64,000 nt of DNA from Candidatus Sumerlaeaceae bacterium (lineage in GTDB: Bacteria; Sumerlaeota; Sumerlaeia; Sumerlaeales; Sumerlaeaceae): positions 103,800 to 167,799 of the forward strand of contig JBMFRB010000006.1 in assembly GCA_049968255.1 (NCBI GenBank). The letters are read 5' to 3'. A program made the position numbers and the translations under genes. Shown here piece after piece: positions 19,136-28,535 of the stretch; position 1 is the first letter of the stretch; each line of letters starts with the position of its first letter. Under the pieces are notes generated by a model. The model had not been told where the DNA came from. It saw nothing but the letters and a program-made list of their open reading frames with translations, and ran no database searches.

Positions 19136-19573
19136 TTGCAACCAAAAGGACTCGTGACGAAAACATTCATTCCCGTATGTCCGGTGTGCGATAAGCCCAT
19201 GGTAACGCTCGAATGGAAGGGCGTGGAAATTGACTACTGCCTTGCGTGCCAAGGAGTGTGGTTGGATCGGGGGGAGCTGCAAAACATTGTGGGGGACAAT
19301 GCGTCGGAGCTGGAGGAGCGGCTTCGCGGCAAGCGGCAGACGTCCCCGAAAAGTAAGTCGAAGCGGCTGTGTCCACGCTGCGATGGGCGGCTTGTCGAAT
19401 TTATGGTCGATACAGGTCAAGGCGAGCCATTGAGTCTGGATCGGTGTCCGCGCGACCACGGGTTTTGGTTCGACGGCAACGAATTGGAGACGTATCTTCG
19501 GAACGTCGTAATCAGCCAAAGCAATGCTGAGCGGCTCCGTTCTTTCTTGAAAGAGGTCTTCGGCCACGAGTAA
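19136..19573 (+). CDS. Double zf-TFIIB-type zinc ribbon protein
   Basis: CPVC...IDYCLACQGVWLDRGEL and CPRC...LDRCPRDHGFWFDGNEL. Start may be GTG 19154. Confidence 0.85.
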   Translation: MQPKGLVTKTFIPVCPVCDKPMVTLEWKGVEIDYCLACQGVWLDRGELQNIVGDNASELEERLRGKRQTSPKSKSKRLCPRCDGRLVEFMVDTGQGEPLSLDRCPRDHGFWFDGNELETYLRNVVISQSNAERLRSFLKEVFGHE

Positions 19574-19620
19574 CGAAGTGAGAAACGGTTACTCCATCAT
19601 CTTCTCAGGCGGAGGCTAAC

Positions 19621-20184
19621 ATGGGAGTCGTGACAGGAGTTCTCCTCGTTGTTCTGATCTTGGCGATTTTGTGGGTGATTGGGACTTACAACTCGCTCGT
19701 CGCCATGCGCACAGAAATTGACAATGCTTGGGCGCAGATTGACGTGCAATTGAAGCGCCGGTACGATCTCATTCCTAACCTCGTGGAAACGGTGAAGGGC
19801 TACGCAGCCCACGAGCGTGAGACGTTGGAAAAGGTCATCCAAGCACGCAATATGGCTATGCAAGCCCAGGGCGTGGCACAAAAAGCTGAAGCCGAGAATA
19901 TGCTGACGAGCACGCTACGTTCGATCTTCGCTCTGGCGGAAGCGTATCCGAATCTGAAAGCCAATGAAAACTTCCTGGCACTACAAGAGGAACTCAGCTC
20001 GACGGAGAATCGCATCGCGTTTGCACGCCAGTATTACAACGACAGCGTGATGCGTTACAATGCCCGCATCCAACAGTTTCCGGCAAACATCGTGGCGAAC
20101 ATGTTTGGCTTCGCGCGTCGGGACTTCTTTGAGGTACAGAATCCAGCTCAACGCGAGGCCCCCAGCGTGAAATTCACGGCGTGA
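19621..20184 (+). CDS. lemA: LemA family protein
   Basis: N-terminal TM, AWAQIDVQLKRRYDLIPNLV, EAYPNLKANENF, ENRIAFARQYYN. Confidence 0.95.
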   Translation: MGVVTGVLLVVLILAILWVIGTYNSLVAMRTEIDNAWAQIDVQLKRRYDLIPNLVETVKGYAAHERETLEKVIQARNMAMQAQGVAQKAEAENMLTSTLRSIFALAEAYPNLKANENFLALQEELSSTENRIAFARQYYNDSVMRYNARIQQFPANIVANMFGFARRDFFEVQNPAQREAPSVKFTA

Positions 20185-20217
20185 TGAGATCTCTGCCCGA
20201 GGCCAACGAGTAGAACT

Positions 20218-21762
20218 GTGTGGGAACAGATCGCGGCGAATAAACGACGTTCCGCTTTTCTGCTGACATTGCTATTTATCCTGATGATCGCCCTGGGGCT
20301 AGTCATCGGACTCATCTTTGCTCCGCCGAAAGACGAGAACGACCAGCAGTGGGCAGTGATCGGCTTTATTATCGGTGGGATAGTGTTCCTGATTCAGTAC
20401 TCCGTGTACGCGCTCTCGCCGCAGACGGTTGTCTTTAGTGGCTTCCAGGTTCAGGAGGTAAAAAAGGAGGACATTCCGCAACTGATCAACGTTGTGGAAG
20501 AGATGACGATCGCTTCTGGGCTGGGGAAGATGCCGCGCGTTTATCTCATCTTCGATCAAGCGCCAAACGCATTTGCCTTCGGACGTGGGGAGAAAGCGTC
20601 CGTGGCGGTGACGACGGGACTGCTGGAGATGCTCGACCGCGATGAGCTGCAAGGGGTGATCGCCCACGAGATTGGCCACATTCGCAACCGCGACATTGAT
20701 TTCATGACGCTGGCTGCTGTGATGCTCGGGACGATAATCGTTTTGAGCGAGATAGCTTATCGTGCGTTATACGTGGGTGCACGCATAGGGGGGCGATCGA
20801 GTTCACGATCATCGCGCCGTAGCAGCGGCGGGGCAGAAGCGATCATTTTGCTGGCAGCATTAGTTTTTATGGTGGTTGCGCCGCTCATCGCCCAACTCCT
20901 GTACTTCGCTAGCTCGCGGCGGCGCGAGTACCTTGCAGACGCCAGCGCGGCTATCTTCACGCGCTATCCGGAGGGACTGGCGCGGGCGCTGGAAAAAATC
21001 GCTTACTCTCCGCGGAAAATGGCTCAAGTGAATAAGGCTGTGGCCCCACTTTTCATCGTGAATCCTTTTAAGAGCCTCAACGCGGACAGCATCTTTTCCA
21101 CGCATCCTCCGGTCGAAAAGCGCATTAGGATTTTACGCAGTATGGCCGGTGCGTCGCTGACCGACTATCAGCAGGCTGCGCAACGGGTGCTTGGGCGCCC
21201 GATTCTTCGGAGCAGGAGCGCCGAGGAAAGCGCCTCGCAGTCGATGCGCGCTCCTCAGCATGTGGCCGAAACGATCGGTGCTGCTGCAGTTTTGGCCGCT
21301 TCCGATTTGCATCGGATGCTGGGTGGTTACCGGATGGTGACCTGCCCGTTGTGCGGATTGACGATCAAGGTGCCGCCAACTCATGAAGCTGAAACGATGA
21401 CATGCCCGCGCTGTGGGCATGTCATTGCGCTGCCGCCGCCGGGGGTGGTCGCTACCGACATCAGCAAGGTGGGCGGCAGCGGCCTAGGGCGGTGGGATCA
21501 AGCTGCAACGCGGAGTCATTCAATCGAGGAGACGAGCGTGCCCACAGTGGCAGCTGAAGCAGCTCCTGCGATCCCGCCAGCCCAAGATGTCATGCTTCCG
21601 GTAGCCAGGCAGCGAGGGCGCTGGCAAAAATTGGATTGTCCTATCTGCGGGCAAACGATTCAATTGAGTCCGGCTTTTTCCGCAAGATGGATCCGTTGCC
21701 CGAAATGTCACTCCAAGCTCATGTTTCCAAATGTAGAACTAGGGGCAAGCGCGTCGGCGTAA
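20218..21762 (+). CDS. htpX: HtpX-like M48 zinc protease with C-terminal zinc ribbons
   Basis: PNAFAFG, HEIGH (HExxH), SRRREYLADA, FSTHPP; extension with CPLC/CPRC and CPIC/CPKC pairs. Confidence 0.88.
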   Translation: MWEQIAANKRRSAFLLTLLFILMIALGLVIGLIFAPPKDENDQQWAVIGFIIGGIVFLIQYSVYALSPQTVVFSGFQVQEVKKEDIPQLINVVEEMTIASGLGKMPRVYLIFDQAPNAFAFGRGEKASVAVTTGLLEMLDRDELQGVIAHEIGHIRNRDIDFMTLAAVMLGTIIVLSEIAYRALYVGARIGGRSSSRSSRRSSGGAEAIILLAALVFMVVAPLIAQLLYFASSRRREYLADASAAIFTRYPEGLARALEKIAYSPRKMAQVNKAVAPLFIVNPFKSLNADSIFSTHPPVEKRIRILRSMAGASLTDYQQAAQRVLGRPILRSRSAEESASQSMRAPQHVAETIGAAAVLAASDLHRMLGGYRMVTCPLCGLTIKVPPTHEAETMTCPRCGHVIALPPPGVVATDISKVGGSGLGRWDQAATRSHSIEETSVPTVAAEAAPAIPPAQDVMLPVARQRGRWQKLDCPICGQTIQLSPAFSARWIRCPKCHSKLMFPNVELGASASA

Positions 21763-21832
21763 GCCCATGCGCCCGCGTCGGTGGGCGCGGTGCGCGCAAA
21801 TAACGGCAAGTCGGTGCCAGTAGCTTCTTGGC

Positions 21833-22798
21833 ATGAGACGGCAACCAAAACCACGAGCCGATACGGCGCGCTACTTTGAGGCTCTGTTTTATCGCTATCA
21901 CCGGCCTGAGCTGTTGGCAGCGGATCCGCTCAGTATTGTGCATCGGTTTGAGGATCCTGCCGACCGTGAAATTGCTGCCCTTTTGAGCGCTCTTCTCGCG
22001 TATGGAGGCGTGAAGCAGATCAATGGCTCCCTGAATAGTCTTTTCGGGTGTGTGTCGTGGAAACCTGCCAGGTTTCTCGAACATTTTGATTTTCGCGATG
22101 CATGCGTAGCGCTCGAAAATTTCAAATACCGCTTCAACGACGGCGAGGACATTGCGGCCCTTCTGTGGCTTGTCCGCAGGACGCAGGAAGAGTTTGGTTC
22201 GTTGGAAAACGCATTTCTTCGGTTCGACGGGGAGGAGGATTACGCTGGTGCGCTGATCGGCGTACTCAACCAATGGCTTGCCTGGTTACGTCGATCGCCG
22301 CGACTGCGTCGGCTGAAGGACAAGCGCTCTCTTGTGCACTTATTGGCCACGCCGGAGCGTGGGAGTGCCTGCAAGCGATGGTTCCTTTTTCTGCGCTGGG
22401 TGGTGCGCCCGCCCGATGGAGTGGATTTGGGACTGTGGCGGCGCTGCGACCCAGGCAAGTTACTCTACCCCGTCGATCGGCATGTTCTGCGCATTGCTAA
22501 CAACGTGGGAATTGTGCGTGCGACCTCTGCGACACTCAAGGTGGCTCGCGTCATCACTCATTTTTTCCGCACACTTGATGTGCGTGATCCTGTGCGCTTT
22601 GATTTCGCGCTTTGTCATTTGGGCATCGTGGGGGCTTGTCCTACCACGCCGGACATAGGTGCATGCAACACCTGCGAATTGGCATCGGTATGCCAATTGC
22701 GCTCACGCCTTGCGTCGCATGGGATGAAGCAGCATCTCAGCTCTCTCGAATTTGCTTCGCGCGCGCAAGAATTCGCGCCGAAACGCCGAGGACGTTGA
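21833..22798 (+). CDS. TIGR02757/DUF2400 family protein (HhH-GPD-related)
   Basis: DPLSIVHRF..PADREIAA..LAYG, SACKRW.LFLRWVVR, VDLGLW, PVDRHV, DPVRFDFAL; C-terminal Cys cluster. Confidence 0.85.
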   Translation: MRRQPKPRADTARYFEALFYRYHRPELLAADPLSIVHRFEDPADREIAALLSALLAYGGVKQINGSLNSLFGCVSWKPARFLEHFDFRDACVALENFKYRFNDGEDIAALLWLVRRTQEEFGSLENAFLRFDGEEDYAGALIGVLNQWLAWLRRSPRLRRLKDKRSLVHLLATPERGSACKRWFLFLRWVVRPPDGVDLGLWRRCDPGKLLYPVDRHVLRIANNVGIVRATSATLKVARVITHFFRTLDVRDPVRFDFALCHLGIVGACPTTPDIGACNTCELASVCQLRSRLASHGMKQHLSSLEFASRAQEFAPKRRGR

Positions 22799-23978
22799 GG
22801 AATCCCTCGGAATCAGCGTGGTTGAATTCGCCGACTTTTTCCATGGAGGCTGCTGTCTCGGAGTAGACGCAGTGTGGCACGTCCTTAGCTGCGGCGAAGG
22901 TTGCGTGTCCCTTGTAGAGGTGGAGCTCAATCGTGCCGGTGGCAAGGTGAGTGAACGCGCCCACAGCGGCTTTGGCTGCGGCGGAGCCCGGATCGAACCA
23001 ATACCCCTGATAAATCTGCTCTGCGAGATAGCTGGAGAGGAAATCAAACAGTCTCCGGGCGCGACGATCGAGCAGAAGTTGAAGCAGGTATTCGTAAGCT
23101 TTGCCGAGCACTTGCATGCCGGGAGTTTCGTAGACACCGCGCGATTTGATGCCCACAAAGCGGTTTTCCACAAGATGGAGCCCAATGCCTACAGCGTTAC
23201 GTCCGCCGGCCGCGTTTGCGTGCTGGAACGCTTCGAGAATGTTCACAGAGTGGCCATTAATGGCCACAGGCACACCTTCTTCAAAACGCACAGCAAACCG
23301 CTCAGGTTTGTCAGGCGCCGCCGTCGGAAGCACGCCGAATTCTGGTTCGATTGCGTGTGCGCCAACCTCAAGCGATTCAAGTTTCCCTGCCTCATGCGTT
23401 AGCCCCAACAGATTCGCGTCGGTGCTGTAGGGCTTGGCGTGGCTGGCTTTGATTGGAATGCCGCGTTGAAGACAAAAATCTATCATCTCTTTTCGCCCAC
23501 CGAAAGCTTTGAGGAAAGCGTCGTCGCGCCATGGAGCATAGACCTGAAAATCTGGCTCAAGCATATTGGTGACGATTTGGAAGCGGACCTGATCGTTGCC
23601 TCGCCCCGTTGCTCCATGGCTCAAAATTGTGATGCCGCGCTCACGCATGAAGCGCAGGAGAAGTTTTGTGGTGACGTGGCGCGCAATACCAGTGGTGTTC
23701 CAGTAATCGCCTTCATATTTAGCTTGTGCATGAATGACGGCGAGCCCCTCGCGCGCGAGCGCCTCACGGCCATCGAGAATGTGTGCTTCAGCTGCTCCGG
23801 AGGCCAACATGCGCTGCCGCACAAGTTCAAGGTCAGGATCGTCGGGCTGACCCAGGTCAAGTGTGACGCAGACCACACGGACTCCGTTATCGGTGAGCCA
23901 GCGCGTAATGGTGCAACTGTCGAGTCCGCCGGAGGCTGCAAATGCGATCGTTTTTCCACGCAGATCTTCAAGGCGCAT
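22737..23978 (-). CDS. argG: Argininosuccinate synthase
   Basis: ASGGLDS, HGATGRGNDQVRF, APWR, YSTDANL, VENRFVGIKSRGVYETPG. Confidence 0.96.
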   Translation of the reverse strand: MRLEDLRGKTIAFAASGGLDSCTITRWLTDNGVRVVCVTLDLGQPDDPDLELVRQRMLASGAAEAHILDGREALAREGLAVIHAQAKYEGDYWNTTGIARHVTTKLLLRFMRERGITILSHGATGRGNDQVRFQIVTNMLEPDFQVYAPWRDDAFLKAFGGRKEMIDFCLQRGIPIKASHAKPYSTDANLLGLTHEAGKLESLEVGAHAIEPEFGVLPTAAPDKPERFAVRFEEGVPVAINGHSVNILEAFQHANAAGGRNAVGIGLHLVENRFVGIKSRGVYETPGMQVLGKAYEYLLQLLLDRRARRLFDFLSSYLAEQIYQGYWFDPGSAAAKAAVGAFTHLATGTIELHLYKGHATFAAAKDVPHCVYSETAASMEKVGEFNHADSEGFLNVLGVSARILARAKQIRES

Positions 23979-24126
23979 AATTTCTCTCTGTCCTCTCCAA
24001 ACGGTTGCGAATGCTGCGAGTATTTGCGGCGGCGACGATGAAGGTTGAATTGTCTGGCGTTTGCCTGCCGATCACCGCTTTCTAACTTCGTGAAGCTTAA
24101 TTGTTCGGTCTCTCCTACGCTGGCAT

Positions 24127-24852
24127 TCAATTGTTTTCTTGATCAAAGGGATCACCAAGAAGCTCGCGAACAACTTCGCTGCAGATCTCTGGTTCGAAGC
24201 CGCGGCGGAGAAGAAACTGATAAAGCTTTGGGGTTGTAGTGGCGTCGCGCTTGTTTGGCTTTAGAGACGCAAGACGCTTTTGCGCTGCGGCGCGGGCCAA
24301 TTCACGCTGTTGCTCCGTCGGATAATTCGCGGCGAGCGCTGCATCCGCTAGCTCGTCCGTCACACCACGCGCACGCATCTCGTGCGCAATGGCTCGGGGA
24401 CCTTTTTTGGCCACTTTTTTCTGTGTCCGCACAAAAGCATTCGCGAATGCGGTGTCGTCGAGAAGGCCCAGCTCGCGCGCAATGCCCATGGCGTTTTCAA
24501 TGGCCGGATCGGAAAATCCTGCTCTCGCGAGATACTGACGTGCTTCGGCTGTGGTTTTTTTGCGGGTGGAGAGATACCGAATGAGGCGACGTCGTGCTGC
24601 CAGGGTCTCGTCCGCTTGACGTAGCTGCGCAAGCAACGCCTCATCCACGAACATTTGCGACTTGAGCTGAAAACGGACGATGATCTCAGGATCCACAGCA
24701 AGGGTGGTATTATCTTCAAAGATGACAGTGATCGGATCGCCCTTGCGTTTACCTGCCTGGAAACTGCGAATTTTCACACAACAAGTTTGTGGCAGAGGAA
24801 CCTGCGTTTCAATAGCTTCTTCCAATACAATGAGCATGAGGTGGCGACGCAA
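24127..24852 (-). CDS. recX: Regulatory protein RecX
   Basis: RYLSTRKKTTAE, GLLDDTAFA, KGPRAIAHEMRARGV, KLYQFLLRRGF; long-form N-terminal domain. Confidence 0.88.
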   Translation of the reverse strand: MRRHLMLIVLEEAIETQVPLPQTCCVKIRSFQAGKRKGDPITVIFEDNTTLAVDPEIIVRFQLKSQMFVDEALLAQLRQADETLAARRRLIRYLSTRKKTTAEARQYLARAGFSDPAIENAMGIARELGLLDDTAFANAFVRTQKKVAKKGPRAIAHEMRARGVTDELADAALAANYPTEQQRELARAAAQKRLASLKPNKRDATTTPKLYQFLLRRGFEPEICSEVVRELLGDPFDQENN

Positions 24853-24893
24853 AATCGCACGATTCTTTTAGGGAGCGAAAGGACGATACCGTC

Positions 24894-27800
24894 ATGGGCG
24901 GTAAACGTCGGGCTCAAAGCAAACGGGATGCCCGAGAGAACCGGCGTCAGCGGCTAAGATGGCGACTAGCGATCATGCTCGCAGCAGCACTGTGCCTTGT
25001 CGTGGCTTTGCTGGCGTCGGTGCCGGTGCGCTTCGAGGCGGTTCCTCAACGCCTTCAGAGCTTCGCGAAAAATCAACTTGGTATGGAGCTCACGCTCGAT
25101 GGGGCTGAGCTCTGGCTTTTGCCTCCGCGCATTGTCCTCGAACATCCGCGTCTGGTGCCGGCCCCCACTGGCCCAGGAGGCGAGGAACTAAGAGCGGAGC
25201 GCTTGGAGGTTTCACTCAATCCGCTGTGGTGGGGCTTTGGTTTTGGCAAGCCACTGCGCTCGCTGCTTCTTGTGAGGCCAGGTCCGTTACAAGTGCGCGC
25301 GGACGGCAGAGGCCTGCAGTGGCCCGCACCAGTGCAGACTCTTCTTGAACGTGTTTCGCAAAAAGGGGCTAAGGAACGCGCATTTGACGTCCCACTCTCC
25401 TTTGTCGAAGTTCGCGATGCCACACTGAGTGTTTTGCAAGGGATCGACCGGACAACTGCTCTCCCCGTTAGAAGGAAAAGACAATCTTACGAAACCACGC
25501 TTGCGGCAGTTTTGGTTTCGGCATTTCAAATGCGTGAACTGAGCGGGCAGCGTTACGCCCTGAGATGCCACGGTGAGATCACCGTGCGGCAGGCCCCATC
25601 GCCCTTCACAATTCGTGGGACGTTTTTGGGCAACAGCGAGTTTGCTGGCGAGTTGGAAAGCCCGGCTTTTCGTGCCTACTGGCCGATGGGTTTCCGCGGT
25701 TCGGTGGCCACAGAAGCACGCGAGATGCGGATGGACCTTCGCGTGCTGCGCCGCGATAGAGAGAGTGAATTCGTCGCCGATGCATCGGTGGGGGCGCTGG
25801 CTCTTGTCATGCCTAAGCACAGCATTGCGTATCAGGATGAAAACGTGCACGTGGCACTGCGGGGCTCGATCGACTGGGGGACGCACGAGCTGGTTCTCAT
25901 GAAAGGGAGTATTGAGAGTCCCCAGATCCAGTTCGAGGCGACAGGACGCAGTCAATGGGACGCGGGGCCGAGTTATGAAGCGAATTTATTAGGCTCACGC
26001 ATCGGTGCTCCTTATATTGAACTTCTGAATGGTCTTTTACCTCGTGGTTTTGAGCTCAACGCTGGTGAAGGATCGGTGCAGGCGAATCTGCACGTAAGTG
26101 GAGAAGGACCTCAGCTTCGTTCCGTGGTGGGAAAACTCACGTTTTCGTCCGTGACGTTGCAGACGCCCCACCTCCACCGGGCTGTGCGCGAGCTGAAAGG
26201 TGAGCTGGATTTCGAGCCGCAGCGATTAGTTTTCCATGAGCTGGCAGGGAAGCTGGGGCAGGCCACGCTTACCGTGGGGGGGGAACTCGTCGGAGATTAC
26301 GTGACTTCCCGAACGGGAACTCTCCACTTATCTTGGCAAAGCCGTGCTGATGCACGCGAGCTGGGTGAATTGGTTCAATCGGCAGGAACCTCCGTGGGGC
26401 ATACGTCCGAAACCATCATACCACTCGGGGGAATGATTCTCAGTGAGGGCGAGTTGACGCAGATCATCGAAGGCGACCCAAACTCATGGCCCGCGCCTAG
26501 TGTAAGCGGAAAGCTGATCGTGCAGAATCTGGGTTTTCGACACAAGGCACTGCCGGCAGCCGTGACCGAGATGAATGGCGAGCTGGAAATCGACAACGCT
26601 CGTGTCAGGTTTGTCAGTTTGCACGCGAAGCTTGGTGAGAGCCAGGTGGTGGTGTCGGGCGAACTTGCTGGCGATCGCTATTTTTGGCAGGATCCTGTGC
26701 TATCCGCGACGCTGGCAGTGGCTGCAAATGCCTCGGCTTGGGTGCAGAGCTTCGAACCAAACCTGCAAAGCCTCATCAATACCTATCGCCCGTCGGGGCA
26801 GCTCGCAGCAACGATTCAGTGCCTCGTGCCGCTAGCTTCGTGGCAGCGTGCTGAGATCACGGGTAGCGCGACCTTATCCCAGGGCGGCTTAGAAATTGCC
26901 ACGGATGACCTCGTTGCGAAGGTGGCGAATCTGAGCGCAGAAGCGGCATGGGATGGCAAGCGGTTCGCTCTAAGGAGCTTTCACGGTGAAGTTAACGGCA
27001 TTCGTGCTTCCGCAAGTGCCACTGTGGATGGGTCGAGGATTGCGCTGCAGCTGAAGGCGCAGGGGAGCCTAGAACAGGTGCAGGCCATGTTCCCGCGCAT
27101 GGAGCCGTTTGCTGAGATTCATGGGCCGGCTCTCTGCGATGCGAGTGTCGAAATTTTGGAGGGGCAAGCCGCCTCTGACAGTGCGGCACAACATCAATTA
27201 CTCAAGCTGATTGCCGGAGTGGGGCCACGAGTACTTCGGGCTTATCAAAATGCGCGGATTCACGTGAACGGGCAGGTTGTGGCGGGCAATTCCAGTCAAG
27301 GGGCTTCCTTCCGGCACCATGCGATGCCGCCGGCGCGCACACTTCCTTATGGCATAAGCGTGCCACGCGGCGAGATTACAGACATTCATGGAGTGTTGGC
27401 CCTCAAAGGGACAACGATCGAAGTGCCCGAGAATGCGCCACTTCGCTGCGCAATGGCGGACACGCCTAACTGTCGGCTATCGGGCACGATTGCTTTTATC
27501 CCGAATCATTATCCTTCTCTTAAGTTCCGGGTGGAGACAACTGATGAGGCGCGTTTCGATACTTGGCTCACAGGATGGGGTGCAGATTTTCACCCGCCTG
27601 CTCGACGTGGTGCGCCGCTAAAAGGGAAACGTTTCGAGCTTGGTGGAACCATCGTCGCGCCACGCGCAACTTACAAAGGAGAACACGTGGGACAATGCTC
27701 GGGAGAGCTCTCCTATGTTTATGTTTCTGGTGAGCCGCCGCGACGCACAGAATTTCGCAACGTCACCATTGAAGGTTTCGGCGGCATCATGCGAGGGTAC

Positions 27801-28418
27801 GGGCTCATCGAGTCGTGGCGCGACAAACCTGAAGAGTATCCCCGGTGGCAGGCAGAGGTGCAACTCGATCATGTTCGCATTCCACCGCTAAGTCGTTGGG
27901 TTTTTCGCGACCCTAAACTCGTCGAGGGTTCGCTGACTGGGCGCATCGAGCTGCAAGGCATGAAAACCGACGTTCAGCGCCTAAAAGGAAAAGGACGTGT
28001 GAATCTGCTCCAGGTGGAAGTGGGAAGACTACCATTTATTCTGAAACTCTTTCAGATGGTAAACCTCACCCAAACACGGGGGCTCTTCGAAAAAGCAGCG
28101 TACAATTCCAAACATGAGGCGCATTTTTTGATTTCCGATGGTGTGATGACATGGGACCGGGTGGAACTGGAAACCGAGGGACTGCTGCTTGAGCTTCGAG
28201 GGCGCTACTTCTTAGAGGATCATCGGATAGACGCTCAAGTACGCTTGAATCTTTTCGAGTCGTCACTGCTGGGGGCCATCCCCGTCGTGGGCGATCTGGC
28301 GCGCATGGCCGATCGCACACTTGGAAAAGTCATTGTCGCATTCCGGGTGAGCGGTCCTGCGGCTCAACCTTCTATCACGCCAATCCCTCTGCCATTGTTC
28401 CAGTCTCCGACCCCCTAG
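24894..28418 (+). CDS. AsmA-like / YhdP-TamB superfamily envelope protein
   Basis: 1174 aa with a single N-terminal TM, beta-strand-rich repeated segments and an AsmA_2-like C-terminus (LGAIPVVGDL...FRVSGPAAQP). Confidence 0.72.
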   Translation: MGGKRRAQSKRDARENRRQRLRWRLAIMLAAALCLVVALLASVPVRFEAVPQRLQSFAKNQLGMELTLDGAELWLLPPRIVLEHPRLVPAPTGPGGEELRAERLEVSLNPLWWGFGFGKPLRSLLLVRPGPLQVRADGRGLQWPAPVQTLLERVSQKGAKERAFDVPLSFVEVRDATLSVLQGIDRTTALPVRRKRQSYETTLAAVLVSAFQMRELSGQRYALRCHGEITVRQAPSPFTIRGTFLGNSEFAGELESPAFRAYWPMGFRGSVATEAREMRMDLRVLRRDRESEFVADASVGALALVMPKHSIAYQDENVHVALRGSIDWGTHELVLMKGSIESPQIQFEATGRSQWDAGPSYEANLLGSRIGAPYIELLNGLLPRGFELNAGEGSVQANLHVSGEGPQLRSVVGKLTFSSVTLQTPHLHRAVRELKGELDFEPQRLVFHELAGKLGQATLTVGGELVGDYVTSRTGTLHLSWQSRADARELGELVQSAGTSVGHTSETIIPLGGMILSEGELTQIIEGDPNSWPAPSVSGKLIVQNLGFRHKALPAAVTEMNGELEIDNARVRFVSLHAKLGESQVVVSGELAGDRYFWQDPVLSATLAVAANASAWVQSFEPNLQSLINTYRPSGQLAATIQCLVPLASWQRAEITGSATLSQGGLEIATDDLVAKVANLSAEAAWDGKRFALRSFHGEVNGIRASASATVDGSRIALQLKAQGSLEQVQAMFPRMEPFAEIHGPALCDASVEILEGQAASDSAAQHQLLKLIAGVGPRVLRAYQNARIHVNGQVVAGNSSQGASFRHHAMPPARTLPYGISVPRGEITDIHGVLALKGTTIEVPENAPLRCAMADTPNCRLSGTIAFIPNHYPSLKFRVETTDEARFDTWLTGWGADFHPPARRGAPLKGKRFELGGTIVAPRATYKGEHVGQCSGELSYVYVSGEPPRRTEFRNVTIEGFGGIMRGYGLIESWRDKPEEYPRWQAEVQLDHVRIPPLSRWVFRDPKLVEGSLTGRIELQGMKTDVQRLKGKGRVNLLQVEVGRLPFILKLFQMVNLTQTRGLFEKAAYNSKHEAHFLISDGVMTWDRVELETEGLLLELRGRYFLEDHRIDAQVRLNLFESSLLGAIPVVGDLARMADRTLGKVIVAFRVSGPAAQPSITPIPLPLFQSPTP

Positions 28419-28535
28419 GGCGCGCTGAATGTAAGCGAAACAGGTCGCGTAGACTGCGAGGATGCCTGGAGAATTTCCCATAGATACTTTCAGACAGTTT
28501 CAGGACGAGCAGCAATTTTTGCGCCGAGGTAGGCC

